Source: a virus
Lineage: Duplodnaviria; Heunggongvirae; Uroviricota; Caudoviricetes
Direction: 5' to 3' (one strand)
IMG/VR virus record: IMGVR_UViG_2778261354_000013
Coordinates: 1 to 14,055 of that record
DNA: 14,055 nucleotides
This document shows, in pieces, positions 1 to 8,201 of the stretch. The notes under the pieces were generated by a model. It was not told the DNA's origin. It was given only the letters and a program-made list of their open reading frames with translations, and did not search any database. Every line of letters begins with the position of its first letter. Positions within the stretch are counted from its first letter, which is position 1. Both the position numbers and the translations under genes were made by a program.

Positions 1-1734
1 ATGATTCAGGATGCATTTGTCCGCATAAGAGCAAGACAACTTTACTGGCAAGGGTACACGCCTGCGGAAATCTCGCAACTGATGGGGATCAGTCAGAACA
101 CGATTTACTCATGGAAAAAACGCGATGAGTGGGATGCCACGCCCCCGATCCAGCGTGTCACTCAGTCCATTGATGCGCGGCTGATCCAGCTCACCACCAA
201 AACGGAAAAAAGCGGCAGTGATTTCAAAGAAATTGACCTGCTGACGCGCCAGCTGAAAAAACTGAATGACAGCCAGGGGGAACAGGTTGTTTCCGGTAAA
301 AAGCCCCGCAAGCGCAAACTGAAAAATCACTTCACCGAAGAACAGATTGCCGCGCTTCGTGAAAAAATCCTGCCGTCACTGGCCTGGCATCAACGCGAAT
401 GGTACGAAAACCGCCACCACCGAAACCGCATGATCCTGAAGTCGCGTCAGATTGGGGCGACCTGGTATTTTGCGCGCGAGGCGCTACTGGATGCGCTGCG
501 TGATGACGTCTCCGCCGGGTATCAGCGCAACCAGATATTTTTGTCCGCCTCCCGTCGTCAGGCGTATCAGTTTAAACACTTTATTCAGCAGGCTGCTCAG
601 GAAGTGGATGTCGAGCTGAAAGGGGGCGATAAGATTGTGCTGTCCAACGGCGCAGAACTGCACTTCCTCGGTACGTCAGCTGCCACCGCGCAGTCCTATA
701 GCGGCCATCTGAAATTCGACGAATTTTTCTGGGTCAGTAACTTTGTGAATCTCAGGAAGGTTGCCGGGGCAATGGCGACGCTGGAAGGGCTTACGCGTAC
801 CTACTTTTCAACGCCGTCAGGTGAAACACATGAGGCGTATCAGTTCTGGACGGGGGACCGCTGGAACAGCGAACAGCCACGCTCAAAACGCAGTGAGTTT
901 GATGTTTCACATGCGCACCTGAAGGGGGGCGTGCTCTTTCCTGACGAAACATGGCGGCAGATTGTCACCATTGAGGATGCTGTCGCTAACGGATGGCGGT
1001 ACACCAATATTGGTGTTATTCGCGGCGAAAATACAGAAAGTGAATTTCGTAATCTGTACATGTGCGAATTTGTCCGTGATGGTGAGGCAGCCTTCAGCCT
1101 GAGTGCGCTCACCGGCTGCGGTGTTGACGGCTATGACGAATGGCCGGACTGGAAACCTTTTGCTGCCCGCCCTGTGGGGGTGAGGGAGGTCTGGCTTGGG
1201 TATGACGCCAACGGCAGCAGCGGGAAGGGGGACTGCGGGGCACTGTCGGTGTGCGTGCCGCCCCTTGTTGCCGGTGGGCGTTTTCGCACGGTGGAAACCG
1301 TCAGGGTTCAGGGCATGGAGTTTGAGCAACAAGCCGCCCTGATTGAAGAGTACACGAAGAAATATAACGTGAAACATATTGGTATTGATGTGACCGGCGG
1401 GAACGGGGAAGGGGTTTATCAGATAGTGAAAAAATTCTTCCCCCTGGCTGTTCCGTACAACTTCAATATCGCGTCCAAACGGGCGCTGGTCATGAAGATG
1501 CTTCAGGTGGTCCGTGCCGGACGCTGGGAGTATGACCGCAGCGAGCGCGACCTGGTACAGGCCTTTGCATCGGTGCGAAAAATACAGACGCCCGGCGGTT
1601 ATATCACCTATGACACGGACCGCTCACGCGGTGTCAGTCATGGTGATCTCGCCTGGGCAACCATGCTCGCTGTCATCAATGAGCCAATCGGCGCAGAGCG
1701 CGAGGATAATCGCGGCTTTGCAATGGAGTTCTGA
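1..1734 (+). CDS. Terminase large (ATPase) subunit, P2 gpP-like
   Basis: 577 aa ORF starting at base 1. Terminase-type deviant Walker A (KSRQIGATW); C-terminal acidic nuclease-like segments (LGYDANGSSG, HIGIDVTGGNGEG); followed 5 bp later by the portal gene as in the P2 P-Q operon. The true start may lie at or before the window edge. Confidence 0.8.
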   Translation: MIQDAFVRIRARQLYWQGYTPAEISQLMGISQNTIYSWKKRDEWDATPPIQRVTQSIDARLIQLTTKTEKSGSDFKEIDLLTRQLKKLNDSQGEQVVSGKKPRKRKLKNHFTEEQIAALREKILPSLAWHQREWYENRHHRNRMILKSRQIGATWYFAREALLDALRDDVSAGYQRNQIFLSASRRQAYQFKHFIQQAAQEVDVELKGGDKIVLSNGAELHFLGTSAATAQSYSGHLKFDEFFWVSNFVNLRKVAGAMATLEGLTRTYFSTPSGETHEAYQFWTGDRWNSEQPRSKRSEFDVSHAHLKGGVLFPDETWRQIVTIEDAVANGWRYTNIGVIRGENTESEFRNLYMCEFVRDGEAAFSLSALTGCGVDGYDEWPDWKPFAARPVGVREVWLGYDANGSSGKGDCGALSVCVPPLVAGGRFRTVETVRVQGMEFEQQAALIEEYTKKYNVKHIGIDVTGGNGEGVYQIVKKFFPLAVPYNFNIASKRALVMKMLQVVRAGRWEYDRSERDLVQAFASVRKIQTPGGYITYDTDRSRGVSHGDLAWATMLAVINEPIGAEREDNRGFAMEF

Positions 1735-1739
1735 AAACA

Positions 1740-2783
1740 ATGAGTAAACGTAAAAAATACACCGGAAAGCGCGGCACGGGCTCACTGGCTGATGCACTGA
1801 AATCAGCGCCGTCACTCAGTGCTTTCACGTTTGACGGTCCTTATGAAGCAAGCCGTCTTGATCTTCTTGATAACATGTCGTGCGCCGATAATGGCCGCTA
1901 CTATGACACCCCTGTGGACTGGAACGCCATAGCCCGCGCCTCCCGTCGTGCGTCCTGGCACCAGTCAGCGTTGTACTTCAAGCGCAATGCCCTTAATGGC
2001 TGTTTTATTCCTCATCCGCTCCTGTCACGCCAGGCATTTTCCGCGTTTGCGCTGGACTGGTTTGTGTTCGGTAATGCCTATCTTGAAGTCCGTCGTAACC
2101 GGCTTGGTGAACCCATTGCGCTTCGTCCGGCGCTGGCGAAATACACGCGGCGGGGCAGTGACCTTGATACGTACTGGTATCTCAGTGATGACGGCTCTGA
2201 ATACGCATTCCGGAAGGGGGCGGTGTGTCATGTGCTTAACCCCGATATCAACCAGGAAATCTACGGGATGCCGGAATATATCGGTGGCCTGCTTTCGGTG
2301 AATCTGTCGAACTCGGCGGATACGTTCCGCAAGCTCTACTATGACAACGGCTCACATGCCGGGTGCATTGTCTATGTTGGTGCCGCCCAGGCAAACGCTG
2401 AAAGCGTGGAGGCGGTAAAGAAAACGCTCACGGAATCCCGTGGCAAAGGTGCGTTCCGCAATATCCTTCTGCACGCGCCAGGTGGTGGCAAGGATGGCGT
2501 GCAAATCCTGCCGTTCCAGCAAATCACCGCGAAGGATGAATTCCTGAACATCAAGGGGAGTGCACGCGACGATATCCTTGCTGCTCACCGTGTACCGCCT
2601 CAGCTGATGGGGGCGATGCCTGACGGTAATGCCGCGTTCGGTGACGTTGAGAAAGCGGCGAGGGTGTTTTTCATCAACGAGCTGCAACCTGTCATGGAGG
2701 CCATGAAGCATGTCAATGAATGGCTTGGTGTTGAGGTGATGCGCTTTAATCCCTATGCGCTGCTTCAGGATGACGCCAGCTGA
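1740..2783 (+). CDS. Portal protein, P2 gpQ-like
   Basis: 347 aa ORF immediately downstream of the terminase gene on the same strand; size and position match P2 gpQ (about 344 aa). No single diagnostic motif was read; the call rests on synteny and length. Confidence 0.7.
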   Translation: MSKRKKYTGKRGTGSLADALKSAPSLSAFTFDGPYEASRLDLLDNMSCADNGRYYDTPVDWNAIARASRRASWHQSALYFKRNALNGCFIPHPLLSRQAFSAFALDWFVFGNAYLEVRRNRLGEPIALRPALAKYTRRGSDLDTYWYLSDDGSEYAFRKGAVCHVLNPDINQEIYGMPEYIGGLLSVNLSNSADTFRKLYYDNGSHAGCIVYVGAAQANAESVEAVKKTLTESRGKGAFRNILLHAPGGGKDGVQILPFQQITAKDEFLNIKGSARDDILAAHRVPPQLMGAMPDGNAAFGDVEKAARVFFINELQPVMEAMKHVNEWLGVEVMRFNPYALLQDDAS

Positions 2784-2810
2784 CGCGCTTCGCTTGTCGG
2801 CTGCTTCGCC

Positions 2811-2833
2811 GGGGCATAAAAAATTTATGCCCC
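2811..2833. other. Perfect 10-bp inverted repeat with 3-nt spacer (GGGGCATAAA-AAA-TTTATGCCCC) 28 bp after the portal stop
   Basis: Read directly from the sequence; no U-tract follows on either strand, so it is not a canonical intrinsic terminator. Possible 3' stabilising stem-loop or protein site. Confidence 0.4.
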
Positions 2834-3230
2834 GACTCTCCAGCTCCACCAACATAAAGCACATCTCAGCCCTTAAATTATTAATCATACTTAACATTAT
2901 GTTTTGCCGTGGTTTTTCCTCTACTTCATGCCATGTCTGCGGTGTGATGTCCCCGCGTTTAATCCCGACCCCGTAAAACTCAATCAGACGCCTTCTGACG
3001 GCCTGCTTCTCTGACCATGTTTTGATGTGGTTTTTCAAAACTGGCTTCACTGCGTGCGTATCACGCGCAATACGCCCCCATATAAAGCAACCTGCCTTCC
3101 ACCCCTCAATTCGGGCGCCCTTCCCTCGTCGCCTGCGCGCTGCAATTGCCTCGTTTTTTGTGCACCGTGCAAACCGGCCTCAGCCAGCGCCGTTACTGGG
3201 CTGAATGGGGATGAAACACATAAGAAAAAT

Positions 3231-3260
3231 TGTGCAATTTCGTGCACTTTTGTGCACTGA
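3231..3260. repeat. Three tandem 10-bp units (TGTGCAATTT / CGTGCACTTT / TGTGCACTGA) with helical phasing
   Basis: Direct reading; two further GTGCA(C/A) copies lie at 3160-3172. GTGCAC is itself palindromic. Confidence 0.5.
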
Positions 3261-3264
3261 AACA

Positions 3265-3287
3265 AACGCCCGGAACAGGGCGTTTTT
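3265..3287. terminator. Bidirectional rho-independent terminator between convergent late (P-Q) and early operons
   Basis: Stem AACGCCC / GGGCGTT with loop GGAACA, followed by TTTTT on + and by TGTTTC on -. It sits 2-5 nt beyond the stop of the last minus-strand gene (3289). Confidence 0.6.
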
Positions 3288-3288
3288 C

Positions 3289-3618
3289 TCATTTCTGCTC
3301 TCCCTTGTGTTGTGCGTTCTCCCTGATTATGTCATTGCATAAATCCACGCACTCATTGCAGATCCAAACAGATGGTCCGGCAATAATCTGTCTGACATCG
3401 TACTGGCTTTTGTTGCAGAAGCTGCAATAAAGCGTCTTCCCGACTGAAGTTGGTGTTTTGCTGGGTTCTCCACACACCAGTCGTTCGATGTCTCTTTCGC
3501 GCCGAAGAGCGATCTGGCTGCATACAGCTATTTTTTGCAGGTTGATGTTTTCTTCTTTCGCCAGTGCTTCAATTCGATCAATCAGTCGCTGTGCTTTTTC
3601 TCTGTCAATATATTGCAT
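3289..3618 (-). CDS. Standalone ClpX-type C4 zinc-finger (ZBD-like) protein, 109 aa
   Basis: C-terminal segment [39 protein letters not shown] closely matches the N-terminal zinc-binding domain of enterobacterial ClpX (recalled from memory: [37 protein letters not shown]). N-terminal ~55 aa are charged and helical. Start chosen at the ATG at 3618 (the track's 3627 is a GTG); the SD is weak. Confidence 0.75.
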   Translation of the reverse strand: MQYIDREKAQRLIDRIEALAKEENINLQKIAVCSQIALRRERDIERLVCGEPSKTPTSVGKTLYCSFCNKSQYDVRQIIAGPSVWICNECVDLCNDIIRENAQHKGEQK

Positions 3619-3632
3619 TGTGCCCACTCTGA

Positions 3633-3980
3633 TTACTGGTTTGCGATGACTGGCAGCTCTTCGCCAGCGCCGTAGATAAACAGAATTCGCTTCATGACTT
3701 CGCTGCGCTTACAGGCTTCGATGACTGATTTTTCCTGTTGCCACTCAGCCCGTTTCGCCAGCTCCAGCCGTTCCTTTTCCGTTGGCTTCCGGTAATGCGT
3801 GATTTTGTCCGTGTACCCGTCCACAACCAGCAGCCCTTCGCGTACCATCTTTCCGGCGGCCTGATTGATTACAGTTCTTCTCACACCCAGTTTTTCGACC
3901 AGCTCCGGCGCGGAAAAACGCGGGTGTGTTTCCAGGTGGCGTAAAATGATTTCCTTTCCGGTCATTCTGGTGGGCTTCAT
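3633..3980 (-). CDS. Putative winged-helix DNA-binding protein, 115 aa
   Basis: Start reassigned to the ATG at 3980 ([20 protein letters not shown]...), preceded by GGAG SD; ATGA overlap with the upstream gene's stop. Central segment [34 protein letters not shown] has an HTH-wing pattern. Confidence 0.65.
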   Translation of the reverse strand: MKPTRMTGKEIILRHLETHPRFSAPELVEKLGVRRTVINQAAGKMVREGLLVVDGYTDKITHYRKPTEKERLELAKRAEWQQEKSVIEACKRSEVMKRILFIYGAGEELPVIANQ

Positions 3981-4147
3981 TGGGCGGCTCCTTCGTTGTT
4001 CCGGCGTTCCCGGAGTTCGGTCAGTGCTGCCAGTAAATTTTCCCACCACGTTTCTTCCACAACCGGATTGTGTCGTGAAAGCAGCTGCTGCGCTGACTCA
4101 ATCATTTTCTTCAGGTCTTTGTCGCTGATCTTCCTGATGTCGTTCAT
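3977..4147 (-). CDS. Hypothetical small protein, 56 aa
   Basis: Start at ATG 4147 (MNDIRKISDK...) with AAGGAG SD 6 nt upstream; its stop overlaps the start of the next gene (ATGA). Confidence 0.5.
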   Translation of the reverse strand: MNDIRKISDKDLKKMIESAQQLLSRHNPVVEETWWENLLAALTELRERRNNEGAAQ

Positions 4148-4182
4148 GGTGTGCTCCTTTGGTTTGCTGTTTCTGGTCATGT

Positions 4183-4599
4183 TCATGGTCTTTGTTGCCT
4201 GCGTGATTGCCTGTTGGCGGCCGAATGCACATAGCGGGCAATTGCCGCTTTTCGGTTAACGGCGGCCAGCGTTCTTGCCAGCTCTTCGTTGAGTTTTCTG
4301 GTCTGTTTTTCCCGGTACTCCGCCATGATTTTTCCGACGGGGGTCAGTGGTTCAGGTTCTGATATGGCGCGACGAGGACGTACGGCAACGATGAATGCGC
4401 TTCTGTCGGCGTTGATTCTTGCAGTCAGGATGTCGGTCATGACGGTATCTGTGCTGCGATCTGGGTTTGCAATCGTGATTTCCAGTTCGTCGCCTGGCTG
4501 TGGTCGAACACTGACGCCGCTCAGCGTCAGTGCCGGAATGCGTCCGCTCATGATGGTGCTGAAATCATGGCGCTGGAGTACGCAATGGAATCGTGTCAT
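4183..4599 (-). CDS. Hypothetical protein, 138 aa, translationally coupled to gene A
   Basis: ATG at 4599 overlaps the A stop (ATGA); GGAGGT SD 7 nt upstream. No recognisable motif; the C-terminus is a basic helical tail. Confidence 0.6.
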   Translation of the reverse strand: MTRFHCVLQRHDFSTIMSGRIPALTLSGVSVRPQPGDELEITIANPDRSTDTVMTDILTARINADRSAFIVAVRPRRAISEPEPLTPVGKIMAEYREKQTRKLNEELARTLAAVNRKAAIARYVHSAANRQSRRQQRP

Positions 4600-7109
4600 G
4601 GGTTCACCTCCGGTTGATCCACTGCCACCAGGCTTCGTGATTTCTCATCCCAGTGCACAATCCGCCCGTCAGGCAGGCGAACGCGTGCACCTCTGTGTAC
4701 GGAAAGCGCCGCGCTACTGTGCAATTCCTCGCCCGTCGTGCTCAGTGCCGACTTGATCACGGTGGTGGTGACGTCATCCAGCGGCAATGCTGTACGCACA
4801 TGTATGACGTCATCGGGCGTAGTGGTGCCGCCGGTTTTCACGGTTTTTGTGTCAGATGGCACATTTTTCAGCTGCCTGGTGAGTTGTTTTCGCTCTGTGG
4901 GGGTCAGTGACCTTAACCACTCGCCCAAATCACCTTCCGGGATGGTCAGCTTCTGCTCTTTCCTCCCTTCAGGTGGTGGGGTTTTGTCTGTTTCGTTGTT
5001 TGTTTTTTCGTCTACCCCACAGTTATTGCCACGAGTCCAAGGTGCGGCGAAGCCGCCCCCAACGTCAAAACCCTCGTCCGTGCTGTTGTCGTTTTTCGCT
5101 TCTTTTCTGACCAGTTTCCACTCGTCCTGATGGGTACAGATGGTGTAGCGCTCTCCGAGCGACGGGGCACAAATTCCGTAGATGCGCTGCGGGAGCTCGC
5201 CGTAGTCGTTGGCCTCACCGGCGGTTTCGTATGCAGTTCGTAGCAAATACGAGTTACGAGGAACAAGCACACCGCCCTGACGGATGATGTAGGAGGCAAA
5301 ACATCCCACGTCTGCGGCGGCCAGAATGGCGTCAATGTCTTCATGGTCGAGGCGCTTCGGTGATGCCGGGTTGCGCTCCATCTGTCCGGCAAGGCGGCGG
5401 AGTTCACGCCATACCTGGCGGGGCGGAATACCGAAGAACTGGAACTGCCGGATGCGGTGGAGGCTTGCCCAGGCAATGGCGTTTTCCACGGTTTCCGCCA
5501 TGGTTTTTCCTGATTCCTCATCGGCGTAAGGTTTGCCGGTTTTCGGGTCATTGCCGTGGAAGGCGCTGGCGTCCAGGTTCTTACCGATATAGGTTGCTAT
5601 GTAGCTTGCTGGCGAGCCTTTTGCCGGGTCGATCTCCTCGCATTTAAAGCGTGGTGAAATGTCGTCACCCAGTTCAGCGCGGTCTGACTTGATTGCAGCG
5701 TTACGCATAATTTCAATGATGCGGTCTTTGTTCTCTGGCGCGGTAAATACCAGCATGTGCCAGTGTGGCGTGCCGTCATGGTGCGGCTCAACGGTGCGCA
5801 CCCCGTACCAGCTCATACCGGCATCCTTCAGGGCATAACGCACGGCTGCAAAGAAGTCGTACACCAGATAATCGCTGGCATCGCGTACGGTGGCACCGTT
5901 GTATTTCGGGTTCAGGCTGCCGTCCTCGTTCACAGTGTGAAAGCGGGAAGGGCAGGTCACTGTCACGAAGAACGCGGAGTCACCGCGCGATTCGGCGATC
6001 TGTTCCATCCCTCTGACGCAGGCCATCATCTCGTTGCGGCGATTGCGTGGATTACCCAGCCCTGACCAGTACACGTCCTCCAGACTCAGGCGTTCACCGT
6101 CTTCGTTTTCAATATCCCAGCTTTTGAGAAAATCACGGGTGCGCTGGCGTTTCTCGCGAAACCCCTGAAGTGATTCATGGCTGATGTAGGGGGATGTCTT
6201 GCGCGATACTCTTCCGGCGGCACGCAGTAATTCCTCCCGCCAGAGATCAGCGAGGTGGCGCAGCTGGCTGTTCCACCAGGTGGCGCAGGTGATGCGCATT
6301 ACCGCACCCGGTACCCGCTCAGGGTCTGGTGCCGTGCGGCGGTCACGTCTGATCTCTAGTGACGGCCAGTATGGTGGGTTCACGCCCAGTTTTAACGCCA
6401 TGCGCGCCAGCTGCTGGTAAGTCAGCAACCAGGTAAACAGGTTATCGTCGCCTTTTCCGGTCCGCTCAATGACTTCATCGCATATGCGTTCCAGTTCGGT
6501 GGAAAATGCCGCCGCCGTCAGTGTGGCAAGTCGCTGAATCTGATCACGGTTGAGTTCCGGCAGCATGAGTAATTCATCAAGACGATGACGTGCCGCTGTG
6601 GCTTTGAATGCTGTCGTGGCGAAGCGTTCATTCACCTGTTTGATGCGGTTGAGGCGTCTGCTTAGCCCACGGCGAACGAAGTTATCTGCTACGTGTGTAT
6701 TGTTGTTTTTCACGCCTTCATTGCGGGCGCTCTGTTGTTTTCTGTTTAAACGCGCCAGATCACGAATGAGCGCGTTGCCAAGAAATGAGGGCAGGGCGCG
6801 AAGTTCTGCCATGGCTTCCGATACCACCGTGGGCGGATTCTCGCGTTTGTGCCGCGCCAGTTTTTCCAGTCTGATCCGACGCTCTTCGTCGTGGTGAAGA
6901 TGCGAATTAATTCGCTTGCCTTCGTCTGTGTTTGTCAGGAAGTCGACGGTTTCTTCATCCAGTCTGGCATCAATGCGAATGTCCTCGTTGATGTAGCTCT
7001 GAATGGCCTGGCGTAATGCGGTTGGCTGTGCTCTGCCGAACGTTTCAGGATCGATAACCGGTAGCGGGGCGTTCCACGGGTACGCCAGTTGTGCGTTATG
7101 GTCGCTCAT
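4596..7109 (-). CDS. Rolling-circle replication initiation endonuclease, P2 gpA family
   Basis: 837 aa. HUH-type metal-binding motif TPHWHMLVF (about 5751-5765) and paired catalytic tyrosines in SYIATYIGK (about 5589-5603). GGGGAG SD 8 nt before the ATG at 7109. Position matches P2 gene A. Confidence 0.85.
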   Translation of the reverse strand: MSDHNAQLAYPWNAPLPVIDPETFGRAQPTALRQAIQSYINEDIRIDARLDEETVDFLTNTDEGKRINSHLHHDEERRIRLEKLARHKRENPPTVVSEAMAELRALPSFLGNALIRDLARLNRKQQSARNEGVKNNNTHVADNFVRRGLSRRLNRIKQVNERFATTAFKATAARHRLDELLMLPELNRDQIQRLATLTAAAFSTELERICDEVIERTGKGDDNLFTWLLTYQQLARMALKLGVNPPYWPSLEIRRDRRTAPDPERVPGAVMRITCATWWNSQLRHLADLWREELLRAAGRVSRKTSPYISHESLQGFREKRQRTRDFLKSWDIENEDGERLSLEDVYWSGLGNPRNRRNEMMACVRGMEQIAESRGDSAFFVTVTCPSRFHTVNEDGSLNPKYNGATVRDASDYLVYDFFAAVRYALKDAGMSWYGVRTVEPHHDGTPHWHMLVFTAPENKDRIIEIMRNAAIKSDRAELGDDISPRFKCEEIDPAKGSPASYIATYIGKNLDASAFHGNDPKTGKPYADEESGKTMAETVENAIAWASLHRIRQFQFFGIPPRQVWRELRRLAGQMERNPASPKRLDHEDIDAILAAADVGCFASYIIRQGGVLVPRNSYLLRTAYETAGEANDYGELPQRIYGICAPSLGERYTICTHQDEWKLVRKEAKNDNSTDEGFDVGGGFAAPWTRGNNCGVDEKTNNETDKTPPPEGRKEQKLTIPEGDLGEWLRSLTPTERKQLTRQLKNVPSDTKTVKTGGTTTPDDVIHVRTALPLDDVTTTVIKSALSTTGEELHSSAALSVHRGARVRLPDGRIVHWDEKSRSLVAVDQPEVNP

Positions 7110-7522
7110 GCGTCACACTCCCCGACAGTTGCCGTCTGAAACGCCGCGCGGTACAGCACGAGAAGGCGCTGGTATTCGCCGATAAAACCTTCTGCGGTGT
7201 ATATACCTTTCACGGCCACGCTGTGGTTTGTCATTTCCAGAACAAGCGCCATCTCTGACGACGACCAGCTGATGGCGGTACTGTCGGTGCCGTTGATGTG
7301 AAATAAACCAAAGCTATCACCATCACCTTTCACGTCCACGCGGTAACGACCGTCAACGGTGAAGGAGAAATCCCCGTATGTGGTGATGCTGCGGGCAGCC
7401 TGTTTACAGGCACGGCGGTAATGGTCGTGCCAGTTGTTCAGACGTGAAGCCAGTCTGGGATCAACCGCCCACATCCAGTTAAAAAAGTCCTGAATATCTG
7501 AAAGTCCCTTAACGCTCTTCAT
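7106..7522 (-). CDS. Hypothetical protein, 138 aa, immediately upstream of A
   Basis: GGAGGT SD 4 nt before ATG 7522; stop overlaps the A start (ATGA). No motif recognised. Confidence 0.6.
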   Translation of the reverse strand: MKSVKGLSDIQDFFNWMWAVDPRLASRLNNWHDHYRRACKQAARSITTYGDFSFTVDGRYRVDVKGDGDSFGLFHINGTDSTAISWSSSEMALVLEMTNHSVAVKGIYTAEGFIGEYQRLLVLYRAAFQTATVGECDA

Positions 7523-7545
7523 GAGAACCTCCGGTAACAGACGTG

Positions 7546-7582
7546 CGGAAGCCTCCCGCGCACGGGTGCGGGATAGCTTCCG
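7546..7582 (-). other. GC-rich nested stem-loop in the intercistronic gap (7523-7590)
   Basis: Outer stem CGGAAGC / GCTTCCG and inner stem CCCGC / GCGGG, read directly. No U-tract, so not a canonical terminator. Confidence 0.3.
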
Positions 7583-7590
7583 GATATGGT

Positions 7591-7815
7591 TTATCGGCGC
7601 TTGTTGTTGATGAGGCTTTGCAGTTCTGCCAGGTCTTCGGCCAGATAGCTGAAGACGGCAGCGCAGTAACGGTTTGACAGCGCGTGCGTGCGCTCATGCA
7701 GCATGTTGATGTGCATGATTTGCGCGACGCGTGTTGCGCGGAAAAGTCTGCGGTTGATTTCGCTGCGGATGTGAATACGCTCAGCGCGGGCGCGCTTTTG
7801 CTTGCGGTTTGCCAT
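7591..7815 (-). CDS. Hypothetical basic protein, 74 aa
   Basis: ATG 7815 preceded by AGAGG SD at 7 nt; N-terminus is Arg/Lys-rich (RKQKRARAERIHIR). First gene after a ~380 bp non-coding spacer. Confidence 0.55.
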   Translation of the reverse strand: MANRKQKRARAERIHIRSEINRRLFRATRVAQIMHINMLHERTHALSNRYCAAVFSYLAEDLAELQSLINNKRR

Positions 7816-8112
7816 GGTGTGGCCTCTTCGTTTGTGAATTTTGAAAACTCACCATCCAGAGCTGCGAAACTGTGGGTGGCGAGACGTACGAGGTTCGCAG
7901 TACCGGCAAACGAAGAAACCGGCCCGACCGAAGTCGGCCCCGTACGCCCCGCCATAATTCTGACGCGAAAAAGACGTGGCGATACAGTACGCACAAAAAA
8001 ACCGCTGGCGCGGCTGTGCGCTTCGTTTGTCAGCAGGCTGCGAAACCCGACACCCGTTTTATGAGATGCAGCGGAAATGTAACCTGACTCAACGAGCACT
8101 GGCAAGCGGTTT

Positions 8113-8140
8113 TTGTGTTGCGTGCTGAAGTATGTATAAT
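8113..8140 (+). promoter_or_regulatory. Candidate sigma70 promoter for the plus-strand membrane-protein gene
   Basis: TATAAT at 8135-8140 with a weak TTGTGT -35 16 bp upstream; strong GGAGG SD at 8191-8195. By-eye prediction only. Confidence 0.3.
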
Positions 8141-8201
8141 CGCGGCGCAAAAATGGAATGCGCCGAAGGATAGCGGCGTTTATTAACAATGGAGGTTGTT
8201 T

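Noticed and set aside
907-1377. 156 aa minus-strand ORF inside the terminase gene (and similar internal ORFs at 840-1112, 1514-1747, 1948-2301)
   Set aside because: Embedded antisense or out of frame within strongly supported late genes; no start signals.
2352-3050. 232 aa minus-strand ORF
   Set aside because: About 430 nt of it runs antisense through the well-supported portal gene. No RBS, no recognisable motif, and it crosses the palindrome at 2811-2833.
4653-6897. Multiple 60-180 aa ORFs on both strands inside gene A (for example 5012-5551, 5360-5647, 5757-6065, 6598-6897)
   Set aside because: All lie within the A coding region, which has clear HUH and Tyr motifs in its own frame; they are GC-rich frame artefacts.
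7885-7905. tRNA-like T-arm (GGTTCGCAGTACC)
   Set aside because: Only a 3-bp stem can be formed and no acceptor or anticodon arms could be built around it; not a tRNA.
7872-8087. Plus-strand ORFs in the long spacer (7684-8064, 7872-8087)
   Set aside because: Arg-rich low-complexity products, non-ATG starts, no RBS; the region looks non-coding.
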